64,000 nucleotides of DNA from Octopus sinensis (GCF_006345805.1 NC_043008.1:69626001-69690000), one strand, 5' to 3'. Positions 41,612 to 53,996 are shown, numbered from the stretch's first letter. Notes: a model not told the origin generated them from the sequence alone. Made by a program: numbers and translations.

Positions 41612-42161
41612 ATCAGCAGATGTGTATGTAGAGATGAAAGATAAGATATAAAAGCATCGATATACAAATTATAACAATACCTTGTATATACGGTACATAC
41701 ACACACATAACTACATACGTAAGAACACATACCCGGCCATATGTATATGTACGTCAATAAATACAAATATATTTACATGATGTATACATATGTTTGTGTG
41801 TATGTGCGGACGCGTGTGTGCGTGCGTGCGTGCGTGCGTGTGGTGTGGTGCGTCGGTCTGCGAATTCATAAACAAAGATATGGAAAATATAAATTAAAAC
41901 TATATATATTTTTAAGAATGAGATGGAAATATATAATAATTGTATAGAGATACATGTGTGTATACAAATATGTATTTACGTACATATGCGTATATGTACG
42001 ACAATAAAGAACAGCAGTTTTTATGCACATCTTGATGCACACATGCTTTATATTCATGTATGCACATTATTTGTGCATATATATAATATGCATATAATAC
42101 ATATATATACATATATATGGTGTGTATATAAATATATATAAATAATATATATATATATATA

Positions 42162-42200
<39 letters not shown>

Positions 42201-42492
42201 TATAATATATATATTATTATATATATAATATATATATATAGATATATATATATTATATATGTAAAGCGGTGTAGATTATGTACATACACACACATACACG
42301 TGCACAGATTTAGTGAGAGAGATAGGGGGAGATGCGATATGGTAGCCATGTTCCAATAAGAATCGGTATATTTACAAAGCAAATCAAATGAGTCGATTGA
42401 TTAGGAGACCTGAATCCTTTCCGAGTGAAGGTCATATTTTGTTTAACCAGTAACTGGAAAGCTGTTACCGAGACAAAATGGTAATAATAATA

Positions 42493-42565
<73 letters not shown>

Positions 42566-42751
42566 TAATAATAATAACAACAACAACATCAATAATAATA
42601 ACAATAATAACCACCGTATTGCTGACCCGCTGAGATCGAGATCGAAGAAATCAATGAATACTAGTCATGGTCTTTGATGAATTCAGTCATAAAATTTCAA
42701 GAGATTGATTGTAAAATGTACTGAAAAACATTATAAACACCATACGCACAC

Positions 42752-42794
<43 letters not shown>

Positions 42795-43141
42795 ACACAC
42801 GCGCACGCACGCACGCACACCACACACACCACACCACACACACAGCATGCATGCACGCACGCACACACACACACACACGCATGCATGCACGCACGCACAC
42901 ACACACACACACGCATGCAGGCACGCACACACACACACACACACACACTCACACTCACACACATTAACACACATTAACACACACATGACGCTTGCAACGG
43001 CTGAAGTAAGCTGTCAGCTTTGCAGAGATTTTTTTCTGGTTACTAAATAAATAGCATTCATTTTAATGAATCGATATTTCAGACCCATGACCCATTGACA
43101 TCTATATATACATACATACATACATACATACATACATACAT

Positions 43142-43195
<54 letters not shown>

Positions 43196-43689
43196 TAAAT
43201 ATATATATATATATACATAAGTATATATATAATATATATATACATCTCATACATACTATATGTATGTATGTATATGCGTAAAAAGGAACACAGAACAAAG
43301 ATTAAGTCAGAGTTGAAACGTTCTTTGAATCCACTTTGGTGGGAGTTCGAACGCATGACGACACTTTTGAGTTAATTTAAATCCACCGACCGAGAACTGC
43401 ATCCGATATATTCATAGGTCGCTACTTATCAGCGAGACAGTATGGCTACCATGCTAAGTGCTTATCGAGTGATCATCTGCAGCCACTACTCGGAACAAAC
43501 AATTCTTCTGACGACTATTGTGACTGTGTGATTTGTGAATATTTCGATAGTGTGTTATAGAACTGAAAGATGGCTGATTCATATGCATTCCATTCCTAAC
43601 ATTATTATATCTATAGCCAAGGCATTCGACTCAGAAACGACACTGTTTTAGCGAAATACCAATAACCACTATTACAATGCTGGGTTTTG

Positions 43690-43890
43690 AGTTGGTGAAC
43701 TGGCAAAATCTTTAGCATGCAAGACAAAATGCTTAGCGGTACTTTTTTTTGGCCTTACGTTCTGAGTTCAATTTCCAACGAGCTCGACTTTGTTTTTCTT
43801 CCTTTCAAGGTCGATAAAAAAAGTACCAGTTGAGCACTGTGGTCGATGTAATCGACTATTTCCACAAAAAGTTTAGACCTTAAGCCTATA
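43690..43890 (+). mobile_element. SINE family A
   Basis: GGTGAACTGGCAAAATC...CCTTTCAAGGTCGATAAAAAAAGTACCAGTTGAGCACTG. Confidence 0.8.
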
Positions 43891-44310
43891 TGAGGAAGAA
43901 TTATAACACTGGTCTCTTTCTTATCAGGTTCATCACCTTCATCACACTTTCAGGGGGACATCTTTTTTTTCAATCTAGGAAGGTTTTTTCGCAATAGTTT
44001 GTGTTTTATAAATGGCTTAATCTTACTAGACTATATAAGACAAAATGGTCAACTTTTCGCATTCCGGCAGCATCATTGAAACATTTATGAGATTGATCGA
44101 GTCATTTAACGACGAAATGAAAGTCTAGAACGAATTTAGACGATGTCTCCTGGGGCTCAATTACAGCAACATTCGTCCTAAACCAGGACTGCCATGTTAT
44201 GTTGGCAGACAATCTTTACTACAAAGTACTATTGCTGAATATCTCACGTTGTGAGATTTAAAAATAGTAATTTTAAAAATTCATATTGTTTTGATGTATT
44301 GGCGTATTTT

Positions 44311-44735
44311 CTGTATCTTGGTATAAAGTAGTCTTTGTATGAAGTAGCTTTATATTGCTGTCTTGGTATCAAGAAATAGTCTATTCTTCCGCTGTCTTGG
44401 TATAATGTAGTTTTCTTTCATTCTATAGTCTTGGTATAAAGTGGATTTATATTCTGATGTTATGGTTTTATTCTTTCTCTTTCTTGGTATAAATAGTTAA
44501 TATTCTTCTGATGTCTCGGTATAAAATAGTTTTGTGTATTAGTCTTTTGCTATAAAGAAGCCTTACCTTCTGTTGTTCTGTTATAGAGTAGTTTTGCATT
44601 TTTATGCTCTGGTATAAAGAAGTTTTCTCTACTGATATCTTGATATAAAGTATTCTTATATTCTTCGCTTATATTGGCATAAAGCGGTTACATTTTCTGA
44701 TGTCATAGTATGAAGTAGCTTTATATTCTTGAAAT
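44311..44735. repeat. Degenerate ~32-bp minisatellite (GTCTTGGTATAAAGTAG...)
   Basis: About 12 recurrences of TCTTGGTATAAA-like anchors. Confidence 0.8.
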
Positions 44736-45540
44736 GTCTCGATCTATTGTAATTGAGGAGAATTAAGAAACGACGCTGATATGATAACGCCACAATCTTA
44801 TATGAAAATGCCAAAGATCCAGTTTTCGGTGATACGATAGTTTAAATAACAATGTTTTCTAATACAGGCACCACATTGACAATCATATGAAGTGGTAGTT
44901 GAACAGTTGAAGCGATCGATCTCAGTAGCCGATTGGCACGGGTTTTATCGATCTCTAAATGATAAACAAAAAGGCAAAATGATAAACTCCACACATAAAG
45001 GAACGTGACTAAATACCGCAAGGTATTAAGTCTCACAACTAAACACATTTCTTTTCATCTATTCTACTTCTCTTCCTCTTTGCCACAATTCAAAACTAAA
45101 TAAATATCTTACTACACAAATATAGACCGCCATTTCCACGATAAAGAAAGAAAAGAAAAAAACTAAAAATCAACAGCGAAGTCTTACAGTCTTTGCCAAC
45201 CTCCTAGTGAGGTATATCTCAACAAGCTATGGGCATTACCTATCCCCGTTATGGGTAATTAAAAGGCAATAGAGATGTTGTATATTGTGCAAAACAGCAA
45301 TGTTTAAAGACATCAGGAAGACTGTCTTATTGTTATTGTAAGAGAATCTAATACTATGTATATATTATCTAGTATTGTGTATATAATCTAGTACTGTCTA
45401 TATAATCTACTAATGTGTATATAGAGAGCGAATATAATCGACATTTTCTCTCTAAGTCAATAAATTCGAGCGATATTTTTATTTCCCACCCTCTTAAGAA
45501 GTAGGCTACTTCAACAATAAGAGATTTATACATACATACA

Positions 45541-45571
<31 letters not shown>

Positions 45572-45807
45572 AAAATATGTGTGTGTGTATAAATGTATAT
45601 ATGCATCATATATGTATCTATGAAGCACACACATAAACACACACACGTATATATATGTATCTGTGTGTAAGTATATGTGTATAATTAGATACATTTATAT
45701 ATTAATGTACACATACATATACATACATAGATACACAAATGTATATCACACATACGCAGATATACACAGACATAAGAAAATACGTATATATCGAATATGT
45801 ATGTATA

Positions 45808-45861
<54 letters not shown>

Positions 45862-45910
45862 ATATATATATATGCATTATCGATATATGTGTATATAGGG
45901 ATATATAAAG

Positions 45911-45992
<82 letters not shown>

Positions 45993-46054
45993 TACTAGCA
46001 TAGCTTTCATTCTATCATCTATCATCTATCTATCTATCTATCTCTATACGTGCG

Positions 46055-46093
<39 letters not shown>

Positions 46094-46117
46094 ATATATA
46101 TATATGTATGTATGATG

Positions 46118-46149
<32 letters not shown>

Positions 46150-47093
46150 TGCATGTATGTGTGTGAGTGTATTACGTATACTTACACGAACACATACATA
46201 TATATGTATATATATATATGTAGTATCTCTCTATCTGCCTGTCTGATCTCTGTCTTGTCTCTCTGTCTCTCTCTCTCTCTTGTATATATATATATATATA
46301 TTATATATATATATATATATTATGTGTGTGTGTGTGTGTGTGGTATATATTATATATATATATATACATACATACACACACGCACGTACGCACTCTCTCT
46401 CTTCTCTCTCTCTCACACACACACATAGTGCGTGGCGGTATGCTACCAATTTAATAGTCTCCCAAATAGCAAATAAATATGATGATACGCATCAGAAATG
46501 TAGGTTCACTTTTACCGACATACGAATCGGATAGGGTAGAGTGGAGTGGAGTGTATCAACAGATTAGTATTTATCAGAGACAATCTTTGAGTGCATTTCT
46601 CTACACCATCCTCTCCTTCCTTGCCCCTCCCTTCTTACTGTCACTGCAGTATGTTTATCTCACTTTCTCTCTCGTTGCCTCCCTCTCACACGCACACACA
46701 GAAATATAGAAAGACATAATCATAAAGCGTATATACGTTCACACACGCAGGTACATACGCACGCCATTTCGCAGGCTTATCTGCTTTAAAAACAAATTAT
46801 GTTACTCTGTTTTCAATCTTATCGCATTGCCCTATCTTATTCTGAGTTCGAACCCGTAACAAGGTGTTCACATGCTCCTTTGATTCTGCATTTATTTATT
46901 ATTTATTTATTTATTTATTATTTCTTAATTTGTTTCTCATTAAAAGCTTAGTGCAAATCATACGCAGCTATACGTGCACACACGCACGTTCACATACACG
47001 ACGGTTTATTCACCGCACCCTGTATGTATGTATATATATACACACACACACACATTCACACACACGGGACGAGGAAAAAGGGAGAGAGCGAGT

Positions 47094-47136
<43 letters not shown>

Positions 47137-47207
47137 AGATAGAGAGAGACGGTGGGATTAGAAAGTCGCATGATATCAAGAAGTTATAACAATATTGTTT
47201 TTTTCTC

Positions 47208-47293
47208 AAGGCGGCGAGTCGCCAGAAACGTTAGCACGCCGGACGAAATGCTTAGTGGTATTTCGTCTGCCGCTACGTTCTGAGTTCAAATTC
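47208..47293 (+). mobile_element. SINE family A 5' head only
   Basis: AAGGCGGCGAGTCGCCAGAAACGTTAGCACGCCGG...GAGTTCAAATT. Confidence 0.85.
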
Positions 47294-48094
47294 TATAGAA
47301 GGCTCTAATGAAGTCAGTAGTGGAAGCACTGTAGAACTCACGAATGAATTCATTTTCTTTAGAGTTCTGTAATGAATTTGACTGGTGGGATAATTGGGAA
47401 AATTATCCGGTAATAATTTCTACTTGAGTGGACTGTAGAGATTTTAGACTGTCAACGGTTATTCTTGTATATTTTGTGGCGAGTATGTAGTTTGCAGATA
47501 GGTAGCTAAGGTTCTACATTTTAAGGCTACGATTTAAATATGTTGCTGTGAGCTTCATACATTTCTTAATCATATTAATGGGATAAATGAATGACATAAT
47601 TTCGGCAGAGACTTTGTCATCCTTCATCGATCACTAAAATATATATTGATCGTCTATTAATCGAAGGAATCGTTTACCACATAGCTGTGACTCTCCTTTA
47701 AAATGTTTGATCTCTTGTTATATTGAAATATATGAAAATTCACCCGCGCCCTCTCTTTCTTTCTCCCCTTGTCTCTCTCTTACTCTCACTCTCTTTCTGT
47801 GCATGTGTGATGGTTTAAGCGAAAATTTTAAAGCCATCTCTAAGTTCCACCTTCAGGACTGAGGACAGTCCAGTTAATAGCGCAACCCAGACAAGGATGT
47901 TAGCTTTTGGTGTAATGAAAATATGTATCAAATTTACCCAGCGTATTTAGTTTTATATCATACGTTTACAAAATGTAATATATGTTTTAATATACTTAAT
48001 TTATACCACTGACATTGCACTCTCTCGCTCTCTCGTGCTCTCTCTCTCATTCGCTCACTTTCACTCACTCTTTTTCTCTGTATATAAATATATT

Positions 48095-48126
<32 letters not shown>

Positions 48127-49118
48127 CATATGTGTGTGTGTGTGTCTCTGTGTGTGTGTATTGACACACGAATATATGATCTGTTGAGATAGTTGATACC
48201 TCTCAGTTGTAATTTCTCTGGTCGAGTCTGGCTTAATTAATAAACCTATAAAGCAAACTCTATCTTTATTGATATCCTACTTCCACCTCCAAGCCCATCT
48301 CCCCCTGACACTGGGCGTTTGAGATGATGGAGCATGGGGACGCGAGGATGCTGGAAAAGGGTATTGATTAAACGAGGTCTCATTACGGTCAAAGGAACAT
48401 TTTGGAAGAGAATTAGTAGAAGTTATTGACTAAATCAAGAAATGTAGCACCAGCGAATCCAAAGAGCCAGTCTTCGGAGACGTAAGAGCGATAACACCAA
48501 AGCGTATATATCTATTCCAGAAAATTATTTGCTGCAACAAAAACAACAACAACAACAACAACAGCAATAATTAAAAAAAAGGAGAGAACAACAACGACGG
48601 CAACAGACAGCAATAACAAAGATGGCGTCGATAAATGAGATGGCAGCGAATTTTCTCTTGTTTCGAAATATTAACTCATTATCACGATATTTTCCCCACA
48701 CGGTAAAGATGGCGCCATCATTAAACACACAGGAACCATCATGGTTTCACGAGAAAATGACCAAAAATAACCAGAAGTAACCAGAAATAGCCGGAAGTAG
48801 AGACATATGAGAATATGGTTAGATATATTGAACTAGATTGATTAAACTTTCGCTGTTGTACTTTATTTGACACGTGACTTCATCTGTGATTAAGTGTGGA
48901 AACTAAGAGACTAGCGACATTGCAGAATCATATTAACCAATTAAAACTTATAGAGCGTTGTGTGGATAAGCTGCTCCATTATATTCCCGCGCTAGAAGCA
49001 CGCACGCACGCACGCACGCACACTCACACACATTTATACTATAATATATAATATACATATAGATATTTCTGTATGTATATGTATGTAATGTGTATATATA
49101 TATGCATATATATACGCA

Positions 49119-49196
<78 letters not shown>

Positions 49197-49332
49197 GCTA
49201 GCTAGCTAGCTAGCTATCCATCTATCTGTATGTCTGTCTGTCTCTCTAATTATCAGTATATGTATGTATGTGTATGTATGTATGTATGTATGTATGTATG
49301 TATGTATGTATGTATGTATGTACGTATGTACG

Positions 49333-49408
<76 letters not shown>

Positions 49409-49500
49409 GGAGTAAGCACATAAATGTGAAACGAGGTGGAAAAAAGAGTACTCAAATACCAGAGGTAGAGTAATATGCTTTATTAAAAGCAGCAGAATGT

Positions 49501-49552
49501 AACAAATGCTGTTACTCAGAGTTTCCGTTCCCGTTCGTCGGACAGTTTTGTT
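49501..49552 (-). ncRNA. Minimal type I hammerhead-like motif (left arm)
   Basis: Minus strand: AACAAAACTGT-CCGACGA-ACGGGAACG-GAAA-CTCTGAG-TA-ACAGCATTTGTT. The core is a U4C variant, stem III is palindromic, and one stem II base is deleted. Confidence 0.6.
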
Positions 49553-49561
49553 AAAATTTTT

Positions 49562-49613
49562 AACAAAACTGTCCGACGAACGGGAACGTAAAACTCCGAG
49601 TAAAAGCTTTTGC
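49562..49613 (+). ncRNA. Minimal type I hammerhead-like motif (right arm, probably inactive)
   Basis: AACAAAACTGT-CCGACGA-ACGGGAACGT-AAAA-CTCCGAG-TA-AAAGCTTTTG. The catalytic G12 position is A. Confidence 0.5.
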
Positions 49614-49689
49614 TACATTTCTGCTGCTTTTAAATAAAGTATATATATATATATATACGCATATCTATCTATCTATCTATCTATCTATC

Positions 49690-49720
<31 letters not shown>

Positions 49721-49746
49721 CATCTATCTGTCTAATTATCAGTATA

Positions 49747-49825
<79 letters not shown>

Positions 49826-49841
49826 TATCCATACATACACA

Positions 49842-50857
49842 CAGGGGCTGGACAAAATAATGGAAACACCTAGCATCATAAAATCATGATTTTGAAATAT
49901 CTATAAAACCGTCAAAAGCTTGTTTGTTTTGATGCTTTTTGATTTATTATTAGTGTTACTTAATATGTTTTGCTATCCATCTATCTGTCTGTTCTTTTCA
50001 GATATCATCAAAAAATCTATCGGGCTTTCAAAGAAATCAAATTGTTGGTGCTTATATGGCAGGCGCAAGAATAAAGAAAACAGCCGAAATGTTTGGTGTA
50101 TCAAGAAGTACAGCCTCGAAAATAATGACAGCTTTTGAGAAAGAGGGAAAAACCTCCTCGTCGAAACAAAAATCTGGAAGGAAACCAAAACTTTCAGATA
50201 TGAACCGTCGGACTCTTACACGAATTGTTAGAAAGGATCACAAAAGTACAGCAGAGCTTAATGACCAACTCCAGAACCCATTTTCCACAAAACTGTTCGC
50301 CAGGAGCTGCACAAAGCCGGATTTCACGGGAGGGCTGCAATCAGAAAACCACTACTTTCAAAAACACCTTTCGATTCCCAGACCGGGCGTTGTGAGTGTT
50401 TATTGAGCGAAAACACCTAAAGCTCCACGAGGCTCCGGTAGGGGATGGTGGTGATCCCTGCTGTACTCTTTTATCACAACCTTCTCTCACTCTTACTTCC
50501 TGTTTCTGTTGTACCTGTATTTCAAAGGGCCGGCCTTGTCACTCTCTGTGTCACGCTGAATATCCCTGAGAACTGCGTTAAGGGTACACGTGTCTGTGGA
50601 GTGCTCAGCCACTTACACGTTAATTTCACGAGCAGGCTGTTCCGTTGATTCGGATCAACCGGAACCCTCGTCGTCGTAACCGACGGAGTGCTTCCACTTT
50701 CAAAAACAATCATTGCAAAGCGTTTTGAGTGGAGCAAAACCCTACAGAATTGGTCCCCAGAGCAGTGGGAAAATGTTATTTTCACGGACGAGTCATCCTT
50801 TACCCTATTTCCGACCGCCGGCCGAGTATACGTGTGGAGAAAACCAAAAGAAGCAGT
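49842..50857 (+). mobile_element. Tc1-like transposon, 3'-truncated, transposase pseudogene split by a SINE
   Basis: TIR CAGGGGCTGGACAAAATAATGGAAACACC. Translation FQRNQIVGAYMAG...FGVSRSTAS...SGRKPKL...RKPLLSKT | IIAKRFEWSK...NWSPEQWENVIFTDES...RVYVWRKPKEA. Confidence 0.92.
50367..50695 (+). mobile_element. 5'-truncated tRNA-derived SINE (third family) with 13-bp TSD
   Basis: Flanked by ACTTTCAAAAACA at 50354-66 and 50696-708. Begins with B-box-like TTCGATTCCC. Confidence 0.75.
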
Positions 50858-51188
50858 GGGATTGAACATGGAACTATGCGACTGGATGGCAAGCTCCTTA
50901 CCACAGAGTCACGCGATAGAACACGAAGGTGAAAAAGAGTGATAGAACGTTAGAAAAACAGACACCCAGTCTGATAGCTAGTTGTATACATATACTCACG
51001 TATTGTTTACACTTTGCTATAGAAATCCACTTTTCATATACCGCCTCATTCATTTTACATCCTACCTTGTTATTTTCGTTTGCATCATAACGTCTGTAAG
51101 TCTGAAAGTGTTGTAATGTCTGTTAACCTTGTTCCCACTTAGATGTCATTACTAGCGTCGTCGTCGTCATCCTCATCATCATCATGGT

Positions 51189-51244
<56 letters not shown>

Positions 51245-51292
51245 TCACCACCACCACCACCACCACTACTAATAATGATGATGATGATGATG

Positions 51293-51325
<33 letters not shown>

Positions 51326-51832
51326 TAATAATAATAATAATAATAACAATAATAACTGTTGTTGTTGCTGTTATCGTCGTTGTTGTGTTTGAAATCCGTC
51401 GTCACCAAGTCTGTTTAAACTGTCGCAGACTTCACTCGTAGAATAAAAGAGGACAGTTTAAAAACATTCTTTTTTTTTCATATTATTATTCTGTACACGA
51501 AACAATTGTCATCATAATTCCACTGTCTGTAAAGATCTGGAACAGCTGCTTCGGTATTCTTCCATAGATTGCAACGTTTTGGTGTTGTTTTACACAGACA
51601 TTATACATTTCTCATATACGTTAAGGCAATATTAGACATGTAAGTACGACTATGATTAACAATGCTTATACCTATTTTATGCTTGTTACGGTGTGAAGGT
51701 GTACAATATTCAATTAGGTCTAGACATACCGATGTGCTAAAGAAAATAGCTATGGTCTAGGTAGTCTGCGTAATTTAAAGAAAATTGAGAAATCAACAAT
51801 TTTGTTGTATGATATATGATATACTGGAATTT

Positions 51833-52213
51833 GTAGGCGTGGCTGTGTGGTAAGAAGCTTGCTTTCCAACCAAATGGTTCTGGCTTCAGTCCCACTGCGC
51901 GGCAGCTTGGGCAAATGCCTTCTACTATAATCTCGGGCCGACCAAAGCTTTGTGAGTGGATTTGGTAGACGGAAACTGGAAGAAGCCGGTCGTATGTGTG
52001 TGTCTTTATGTCTGTGTTTGGTCCCCCCCCCTCATCAACACTTAACAGCTGATGCAGGTGTGTTTATGTATTCGTAACCTAGCGGTTCGACCGATGGAAT
52101 AAGTACATTTGAAAAATAAGTCCTGAGGTCGATTTGTTCGACTGAAAGTGGGGTGCTCTAGCATGGCCGCAGTCACATGACTGAAAGAAGTAAAAGAATA
52201 AAAGAATAAAAGA
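51833..52213 (+). mobile_element. SINE family B, full length
   Basis: GTAGGCGTGGCTGTGTGGTAAG ... AGTAAAAGAATAAAAGAATAAAAGA tail. Confidence 0.9.
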
Positions 52214-52823
52214 ATCACATAGGTTGTAATTGTTTTCCAGTTTGTATTTTTACAAGCCCAAATCTAAGTCGTACTGACGAAACCTAACGAGCTAGAAACA
52301 AGTGACTATGTGTTTCTAGATGTTAAGCTCGTCATTTTCCTTAGTAGTATGTCAGGTTTGGAGAAATCTTGATTCTTGGAATTATCTTTTCAAGTTGGGA
52401 CAATTAAAATTAACATTTGTTCGTTATGATGTATCTTCTAGTGGGAGAGACAGTTTTAGTAAATCCAAAACTTTTATTGTTTAGTATCGGACATACCAGT
52501 ATTTGTCTGTGTGCATGTGTGTCTGCGTATATTTGTACATGTATGTACATATCTATATATGCATACACACGCGTATAATATATATATATATATATATAAT
52601 TAATCAATATAGGGTGGCAAAAAATTTTGTAGAATTTTTTTGCCACCAGCGGCCTAGTGGGAAAAAATTAAATAGTCATAGACCATTTTTAAGTTCAACA
52701 TAAACAATCAAGGAACGGCCATAATAGGCCATTCACCCACTAGAAATAACAGCCAAAGCTTCAACCGCAAATAAAAATCAATTCCGTAAACCAGGAGAAA
52801 ATTTAAAAAACATTTACCCTGTA

Positions 52824-52930
52824 ATTTCTTATACGATGCACCGTTTCATCTGCTGTTTAATGGTAAACTAACCTGATTAAATTAAATCAAGCCAATCTTC
52901 CATAGGCCCTCAGATTCTTCAGTAAGAAAT
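52824..52930 (-). ncRNA. Type I hammerhead ribozyme in the inverted partial unit
   Basis: Reverse complement of the same motif, intact. Confidence 0.85.
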
Positions 52931-53020
52931 AGCGAGTGCGATGATTTGAAAATTTTTAGGTCAGATATTGCCTTGGCAGGGTCGGAAATGCCTCGTGAAA
53001 ATATCTGTTCCGACCTGGCT

Positions 53021-53126
53021 ATTTCTTACTGAAGAATCTGAGGGCCTATGGAAGATTGGCTTGATTTAATTTAATCAGGTTAGTTTACCATTAACAGCAG
53101 ATGAAACGGTGCATCGTATAAGAAAT
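53021..53126 (+). ncRNA. Type I hammerhead ribozyme, unit 1 (predicted cleavage after 53118)
   Basis: Stem I ATTTCTTA (53021-28)/TAAGAAAT (53119-26); core CTGAAGA (53029-35); stem II ATCTG/CAGAT; GAAA (53103-06); stem III CG-GTGCAT-CG; GTA triplet. Confidence 0.88.
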
Positions 53127-53508
53127 TACAGGGTAAATGTTTTTTAAATTTTCTCCTGTTTACGGAATTGATTTTTATTTGCGGTTGAAGCTTTGGCTGT
53201 TATTTCTAGTGGGTGAATGGCCTATTATTGCCGTTCCTTGATTGTTGATGTTGAACTTAAAAATGGTCTATGACTATTTAATTTTTTCCCACTAGGCCGC
53301 TAGTGGCAAAAAAATTCTACAAAATTTTTTGCCACCCTATATTGATTAATTATGAATTTTCTGGTTAATTCCGTAATGGAATCGACGGCTTATATTTATT
53401 TGCTGCCGATAAATTTGGCGCGAGTGCGATGATTTGAAAATTTTTAGGTCAGATATTGCCTTGGCAGGGTCGGAAATGCCTCGTGAAAATATCTGTTCCG
53501 ACCTGGCT

Positions 53509-53614
53509 ATTTCTTACTGAAGAATCTGAGGGCCTATGGAAGATTGGCTTGATTTAATTTAATCAGGTTAGTTTACCATTAAACAGCAGATGAAACGTGC
53601 ATCGTATAAGAAAT
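53509..53614 (+). ncRNA. Type I hammerhead ribozyme, unit 2 (cleavage after 53606)
   Basis: Same elements as unit 1. One G is missing in stem III/loop (CGTGCATCG), but ACG/CGT pairing is retained. Confidence 0.85.
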
Positions 53615-53996
53615 TACAGGTAAATGTTTTTTAAATTTTCTCCTGGTTTACGGAATTGATTTTTATTTGCGGTTGAAGCTTTGGCTGTTATTTCTAGTGG
53701 GTGAATGGCCTATTATTGCCGTTCCTTGATTGTTGATGTTGAACTTAAAAATGGTCTATGACTATTTAATTTTTTCCCACTAGGCCGCTGGTGGCAAAAA
53801 AATTCTACAAAATTTTTTGCCACCCTATATTGATTAATTATGAATTTTCTGGTTAATTCCGTAATGGAATCGACGGCTTATATTTATTTGCTGCCGATAA
53901 ATTTGGCGCGAGTGCGATGATTTGAAAATTTTTAGGTCAGATATTGCCTTGGCAGGGTCGGAAATGCCTCGTGAAAATATCTGTTCCGACCTGGCT

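Larger units (their letters stand above)
49407..49643. mobile_element. Penelope-like pLTR remnant in head-to-head palindromic arrangement
   Basis: Palindrome centred at 49557 (31 bp perfect, about 85 bp imperfect). Each arm has a minimal hammerhead-like motif followed by AATAAAG. Flanked by (TA)n. Confidence 0.65.

Noticed and set aside
52962-53015. Pseudoknot as a pistol or HDV-like ribozyme
   Set aside because: Helix order and conserved core nucleotides do not match either class.
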